A stretch of DNA of 64,000 bases, from positions 41,852,001 to 41,916,000 of the forward strand of contig NC_087447.1 in NCBI RefSeq assembly GCF_036321535.1, given 5' to 3'. Numbering within the stretch: the first letter of the stretch is position 1; every line of letters begins with the position of its first letter. The stretch comes from Camelus dromedarius (lineage: Eukaryota). Under the pieces are notes generated by a model, which did not search any database, was not told the origin of the DNA, and saw nothing but the letters and a program-made list of their open reading frames with translations. Of this stretch, positions 57,100 to 64,000 are shown one piece after another. Both the position numbers and the translations under genes were made by a program.

Positions 57100-60000
57100 G
57101 GCTGATTTATGCAGTAACTCAAAAAATGCTAAATCTAGGGAGAAATTTTGGTGAGGAACACGGTATTTGCATGGTCTAAAGTGTCTGACCGCAGATTGCT
57201 TATTAGTTGCAAGGGAAAATATGAGGTACACATTGGAGAAATTAGACCTCATTAAACAAAAGTTTGGGCGAACAAAATTGACATTACCAGGGACAGTAAT
57301 TCTGAGTACAGCAGTGTGAAGAGTTCAGAAATTCCTTTCCCCTAAGAACCAGTATAAAACTAGACAAAAATTGTTGAATACAACTATTACAGTGCTCTGG
57401 AAATGGACTAAAAGCAAACAACAAACTCAGAAGCATTTATTCATGCTAGAACTTTGGATAAGAACAGTAGAAATCTGCACTGTTCTTACCTGGGGTTGCT
57501 CCCATCTTTCCCAAATGTCAGCTCTGTCAGTGACAAATAGTTTTACCAGGGAGGGGCTGGCCAGAAAACCAGCAGCTTTGATGCCTAAAGGGTGGAAAGC
57601 TTAAGCCCACAACATCATTGTCAGTAAAAATAGTATTGAACAGTAGGAAATGAAAGGAAGAAGTCTCTGACCCTACTTGTCGAAGTTGTAATCCTCTTTG
57701 AGGGTAGCGGCAGACCAGCCATAAATTAACAGGAAAATCTTGGCAATGAAAGAGTCATTGAATGGCTAGATGAGACTTCAGACCAAGATGGCAACATAAG
57801 AGTCTCCTGAATTTCACTGTTTCACAGACAGCTACACTTGGAGCAATTCCCTATGAGAGAAATCCAGAAACTAGTTGAGTGACTCCTATACTTTGGCCTC
57901 CTGAGAAAATTACCCACATTGAAATTGGTCGGAAATATTGAGATACACTCTTGCCATAAACCTCACTCCTGGCACAGCACCATACAATGGAGAGGGAACC
58001 CCCAGCTCCCAGCTTCTCCCTGCAAGGGTTTGGACAACACATCTTGCACACCAACTTTTAAGGCTCTCACCTGAGGGATGGTCTTCCCAAACTCCGAGCT
58101 CTGAAAACCAACAGAAGTTGCATTCATGAGTCCCACAGGACTATAGCAAACAAAGCAGTTCTTAATGAATGCATGAGCAGTCACCGTGGTTATCCCTCTG
58201 AGCTCAGTGCAGAGGGAGCAGACAAAAACACCCATGTTTCCCTAAAAGGTATGTGACTGAATACTTCACAAAGTTCAGATTCTAGTTAGCATGAATCTAG
58301 GTGCTGACTGCTGTCCTCACCAGAGCCTAAAAGAAAAAAACTCACTTCAGCTTTCATGGCACATAAAGACTGAAGGTAAAGGTATGTAAAAATATATATC
58401 ATGCAAATAGAAAACAAAGGAAAGCACAGATAGCTATACTGATATAGACATAATGGACTTTAAGCCAAAAATTGTAATAAGAGACAAAGGTCATTATATA
58501 ATGATAAAGTAGTCAACTCAGCCAGAGGTTATAACAATTATAAATATTTAGGTACCCAACACTGAAGCACCTACATGTATAAAGCAAATATTAACAGATC
58601 TGAAGGGAAAAATTGACAGCAATACAGTAATAGTAGAGGACTTTAGCACCCCACATTAACAGTGGATAAATCATCCAAAAAGAAAATCAATAAGGCAAAT
58701 AGGACTCAAACAATACATTAGACCAGATGGACCTAACAGACCTTCCATCCAACAGCCGCAGAATGTACATTCTTCTCAAGCACAAGTGGAACACTCTCCA
58801 AGATGGATCGTAAGTTAGGACACAAAACAAGTCTTAAATTTATGAAGATTGAAATCATATCAAGCATGTTTTTCAGCCAGAATGGTATGAAACTAGAAAT
58901 CAATAATAATAAAAAAACTTGTAAATTCATTGATGTGTGGAGTTTAAACAACATGCTCCTGAACAATCAATGGATCAATAAAGAAATCAAAGGGAAATAA
59001 AAATTATCATGAGACAAATGAAAATGTCAACACAAACACCAAAATTTATGAGATGCAGCAAAAGCAGATCTAAGAGGGAAGTTTATAGTGATAAATATCT
59101 ACATTAAGAAAAAAGGAAGATCTCACATAAACATCCTAACTTTACATCCCAAAGAACTAGAAAAAGAACAAATGAAACCCAAAGATAGTAGAAGGAAAGA
59201 AATAACAAAGATCAGAGCCAAAATAAATGAAATAGAAAGTAGAAAGACAATAGAAAAGATCAATGAAACTAAAAGCTGTTCTTTTTTTTTTTTTTAAATA
59301 AATAAAATTGACAAATCTCTAGCTTGACTAAGAAAAAAAAGAGAAGACTCAAATAAATAAAATTAGGTATGAAATGGGGCATTACAACTGATACCACAGA
59401 AACACTAGGGATCATAAGTAACTACTATGAACAATTACACACCACCAATTAGATAACCTAGAAGAATGAATAAATTCCTAGAAATAAACAGCCTACTAAA
59501 ATGGAATGATAAAGAAATAGAAAATCTGAACAAAGTAATTACTAGTAAGGCGATTGAATCAATAATCAAAAAGAAAAGTCCTGGACCATATGGCTTCACT
59601 GGTGAATCCAATCAAACTCTTTGAAAAAATAGAAAAGGTGGGAACACTTCCAAACTCATTTTATAAGGCCAGCATTACCCTGATGCCAAAGCCAGACTTG
59701 GACACTGCAAGAAAAGGAAACTGCAGGCCCACATCCCTAATAAACATAGATGCAAAAATCCTCAACAAAATATAGCAAACCAAATTAAACAATATGTTAG
59801 AGGGTCATACACCATAATTAAGTGGGATTTATTCATGGGGTCCAAGGATGTTTCAGTAAGCAAATCAATAAATTTTTCTTTTTATAATGGCTAATTTTAT
59901 GTTATGTGATTTCGCCTCAGTAAAAAAATTTCTTAAAAAAAATTTCTTTAAGATTGTAGAAATGCTCCATATTTAAGAACAAGACATCTAAGTGGAATAT

Positions 60001-60410
60001 CAAGCCTAGAATGAATCCTGACTGTAGGGGAAAAGCTCCAAAGAATATCATCGAGTCAGTGGACAAAAATTGGAATACGGTTGTAAGATTAGACTTAAAA
60101 TAATGTGATGAAGTTAAATTTGCTGAGAGTGATAATAATTATTTGGTTAAGATATCTTTATTAGGAAAAATAGATGGAAGTAGTTAGGGGTAAATCATGA
60201 TGTCTACACTCCAATTCCTCGAAAAAAAAATTGTGTAGTGTAGAAAGAGTCAGAGAGGGCATCCTAGCACAGGAGTACAAATGTTAAAGCAATTGGAGCA
60301 AAAGTTTAACAATAGATGAATCATGGTAAAGGGTAGATGGGTGCTCTGTGCACTATTCTTATTCTTGCAACTTTTCTATAAACTTTAAATTATTTCCAAA
60401 GAAATATTTG
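57100..60410 (+). mobile_element. Nested L1 cluster: L1MC-type 3'UTR interrupted by L1 5'UTR segments and ORF2 (EN to start of RT, ~58330-59870)
   Basis: ORFs 58803, 59088 and 59590 give L1 ORF2 peptides ([39 protein letters not shown]); 5'UTR motif caagatggcaacataag at ~57785. Confidence 0.85.
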
Positions 60411-61146
60411 TAAACAATCTATGTATCTGTGGTCTAGTTTAATAAATATAACATCATAAATATATTTGAAACCTCTTATATATGCCTACTCTTCCCAGAG
60501 ATAAATACTCTCCCGAATTTGGTGTTTTCAGTCCTAGCCATACCTTTATTTACACTTTGTATGTCTTTATATCACTGTCTATATATAGTAGAGCTTTGTA
60601 CACTTTTAAGCAAAATATAAATGCTATCATTCTATAGAATCACTATATACCTTACTTTCCTCCCTCAGTATTATATTAGGGAGAGCTATTCATGTTGATG
60701 TATGTAGCACTAGCCACTAGCTCTCCTTTTTTCACTGATGTCAGGGTATCCTAAAAGTCTTAGTGATGTTTTAATCTATCTTAAATTCACAAGTATAAAT
60801 ACTAAAAACCTACCCACAAAATCCTTATCACTTGAAAATTGTTTTTAAATTTTCAGATAATTATTTAGTTTTATAAATTTTGAATATTAAATTTTTAGTT
60901 TTAATTTTTTGTTTCAGTCAGCAGTTGACATCTTCAATCAGAGGAAGCTTAATAATTTTATAGTGTGATTTTACTGTAATTTATTCTTTCATTCTTACAT
61001 TTAGTATGTGCTCACTTTTTTCATTACTTAAATACTTCTGCAATGTCTATTTTTATACTTATCTTCTTGGATACATAGGAGAGAGCTTCTGTGATAAATA
61101 ATAATGAAATTACTGTAATAACTAGGTCATCAAGTATGTGCATCTT

Positions 61147-63881
61147 TTTTTTTTTGATGTCTCATGCTTTTTATTTGACAAGACTCAACACCTTGAAATC
61201 TCTAATGAGAATGGGATGTAAAAATACAATACAAGGGAAAAAAGTTCAAAATGTTGTAAAGCTTGGTAGGTACAAATCTTGTCAATCTACTTCATTGGGG
61301 GTAATTGTAGGTTTTCACTTCAGAACATTAAGATGGTGCAGAGACATTGGGGAGGGAGGATGGGCACAGGGTAGCTGATCTGGTTCCAACCATCCCACTC
61401 CCCTGCCCCTGGCTTCTGAATTTCTCACTGTCACTCTGTATCTTTGGCACTTTAAACGCTGGATCTCTCCTCATGAACAACTGAAAGAGACTCCATCTAA
61501 GAAGGACTCAGTGGAAGGAATACTTGAGAGTTATTTTCCAATCAAGGTGCCACCCAGAATGGAAATCCCTCCAACCAACTCCAAATTCTCTTTCCAGGTC
61601 ATTAATCTCATCTACCCTCTTTGGAGCGGTATACAAAACTTAGAAAGCCTCCCACTTTGAGCCTGGGGTCTACCTACAGAGTTAGGCAGCTTTCCACCTG
61701 AATTCCATCAATGGGAAATGCTATGTGTCACATTCCTTCCAAAATGGATGAACCATGAAAATATTATAATAAATGCCATCTTCAGTCTTGTCCCTTTTCA
61801 CAGAGCTGCCCAACTTTTGGTGGCTGAGGTCAAGAAGAAAACAGGAAAAACAGAACATTGTACAATTCTATTGATTGAACCAAAACCCAAGATACCAGGA
61901 TTAACCCAACTCTCAGGAAAAATAAAAAAGACAGTTCCAATTGGATTACAGGACATAAAAGATAACAGGTCACCACCAAATAAGACTAAGAGGCTTTCCG
62001 GAAATGGACAACTTTCTGAAATGCTTGCCAAAACTCTTCCTTAAACACAGTACAGATTATTGGATTGATGAGGGAGTTTAAATAGCCTAGCCAGGTGAAA
62101 AAGTAAAAAATGGGCTGGGTGGATCCAGCAGGAGTCCCGGCAGATGGAGAGGACCAGAGATGCAACAAAGAAGGGCAGCCAGCAGACGATGAAGGCCCCC
62201 AGAATGATCCCCAGGGTTTTAGTGGCTTTCCTCTCTCGAGCTGCCAAAATCCTCTTGCTCTCCAGGACGCTGTCAGCAAGCTTGATTTTCACGTGGTTGA
62301 AAAAGAGAGAGGAACCGGCGGAATGAGAGTGCCTCTCATGAAGGCTGGGGTTGAGCGAGCAGAGCGAGGACCCCGCTGAGCCTGGAATGAGCTGGGCTGT
62401 GGTGAAGCGCTTCCCTTAGAGCAACGACGGGTTCAGGATGCGGTTCCGGGCGGCCGTAGAGGATGACAAGCAATACAAACGGGATGTAGAAGGCCCCACA
62501 AATGGAGTAGATGGTGTAGGAGATCTGAGAAGTGTTCACCAGGCAGTCCGACATCTCTTCATGAGCCTTGGCCTGCAGCCAAAAGAGTAGTAGGATGGAG
62601 ATGCAGGCGGAGATGAGCCAGATGATGGCAATCATGGCGGCCGCATGGCCTGCTGTCCTGCGTTTGCTGTACTCCAGGGCGTCCATGATGGCCCAGTACC
62701 TGTCCAGAGCAATGACAGATGCAGGATGGGGGTCGTGCAGCATGTGATGTCCGAAGACAGCCAGATGTCATACAGGATTTGGCCAAAGCTCCAGGTGTGG
62801 GTGGTGGTGTATGCGATGCTGATGGGCATGACTAAGATGGAAACTAAAAGGTCAGTCATGGCCAGGGAGCCAGTGAGATAGTTGGCTGGAGTGTGGAACT
62901 TCCTGGTCAGGATGATGGTGGTAAGCACAAAGGCGTTGGAAAGGACTGTGGCCAGTGTGATGATGGAAAGGACTACTGCAAGAGAAATCTTGAGGGCTTG
63001 GAGGGTCCCTGGATCCCAAGCTTCTGTTCTGTGGCATTCAGGGATCTGTTAGGAGCCCCCTGGAAAAGGCCTTCCATTGACTGGTTTGGCGGGGACGTTC
63101 TAGGAGGCTCTCTTCCCACAGACTCAGACACACACAGCTCCCTCTTTCACAGCTGTCCAGCTCACAGAATAAGGTCATCCTTTTGTTTCTTGCCATCAGA
63201 AGGGACCACCTTGCAAAGACCTCGACTCTTTAAAGAACACGTTGAAGTGATTGCTGCGTGGGAGTTAAAGGTCTTTCCCCAACCGGATAAATCCCAAGAT
63301 GTCTCATTGTTCTGGAACTTTGCCCAGCAACTGGTCAGGCTTAGCTGGATTTGTTAGACATTTATCAGGATATCGCAACAGTGTAGGCAGTGCTCTGGGA
63401 TTCTTGCCTTTGGCATTGTGGCTCCTTCCAAAGCTTGAGAGAGAAATGTGTTTAATGAGAACTTCAGAATCTCCCTCATCCTATTCTGAGAAGATTCTGG
63501 ATTTCAGGTTGCCTCTGGGAAGCTTTCAAAACTAGAGACAAAAAGAAGTATCAGCTGATTCAGTGAGGCAGGCCAGTTAACAGCTCACAGCCTTTCTAGG
63601 TTTGTCTTGATACATCATGAGGTATTTTGGTTCCTGTCACACTGAACGTTTTGAACCCGCTCCCGGACACGGACACGCAGGTGCGGACCGCGGGCTCGCC
63701 CTTTTGGATCCTGCTATCTCGAGCAGCGCCTCATCTCCCTGCTGGCTGCCTCCTCATCTCCACCGTGCCCCCCAGCCGAGCTCCAGGCGCCACCCGCCCA
63801 GCCGTCCCAGGGGCTCTTCCCTGGCCCCTGCTCTCGCAATCCCCACCTTCCTCCGCCCTGTGGCTCCCACACGCTCCGCTT
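61147..63881 (-). pseudogene. HTR1D: Processed (retrotransposed) pseudogene of 5-hydroxytryptamine receptor 1D, including 5' leader and 3'UTR; CDS remnant 63098->61986
   Basis: Minus-strand frames give 5-HT1D peptides ([107 protein letters not shown]...FRKAS*). Start codon is ACG, there are several frameshifts and an internal TAA. AATAAA at 61175-61170, A-tail at 61155-61145, TSD AAGTATGTGCATCTT at 61132-61146 and 63882-63896. Confidence 0.95.
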
Positions 63882-64000
63882 AAGTATGTGCATCTTAACT
63901 TCATTTGAATTCCTCACAGCAGTATGTATGATAGTTCCTTTTCCTACCACCCTCATAAAAACTTAGAATTGTCAGGCTTCAGTTTTGGCTATTTTGATAG

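Noticed and set aside
60742..60960. Possible Tc1/mariner-type DNA transposon end (cagggtatcctaaaagtc)
   Set aside because: Family and second terminus could not be identified with confidence.
61986..63098. Functional nested HTR1D gene
   Set aside because: Lost start codon, multiple frameshifts, an internal stop, plus poly(A) and TSD show it is a processed pseudogene.
62893..63357. 154-aa + strand ORF, and other + strand ORFs over 61.7-63.9 kb
   Set aside because: These are antisense shadows of the GC-richer HTR1D retrocopy with no recognisable protein features.

Overview
AT-rich, repeat-dense mammalian genomic DNA, probably from a camelid (two tRNA-derived Vic-1-like SINEs and lineage-young L1 3' ends). 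The whole window lies inside the + strand SBF2 (MTMR13) gene. Four coding exons of its N-terminal DENN region are visible (27426-27563, 41793-41915, 43231-43341, 45250-45355), all with AG/GT boundaries and splicing in frame. The last intron carries a complete ~2.7 kb processed pseudogene of serotonin receptor HTR1D on the - strand (61147-63881). It has a poly(A) signal, a poly(A) tail, a 15-bp target-site duplication, a disabled CDS and a CpG-rich 5' leader. The rest is mostly L1, L2, MIR, LTR and DNA-transposon remnants; family names are from memory of consensus sequences and boundaries are approximate. I see no clear new multi-gene system. The best leads are a hidden two-mini-exon module at ~18 kb that reads in frame into SBF2 exon 3, the HTR1D retrocopy with its preserved CpG leader, a diverged ~125-bp direct repeat bracketing exon 5, and L1 copies whose 5'UTR is joined directly to ORF2.
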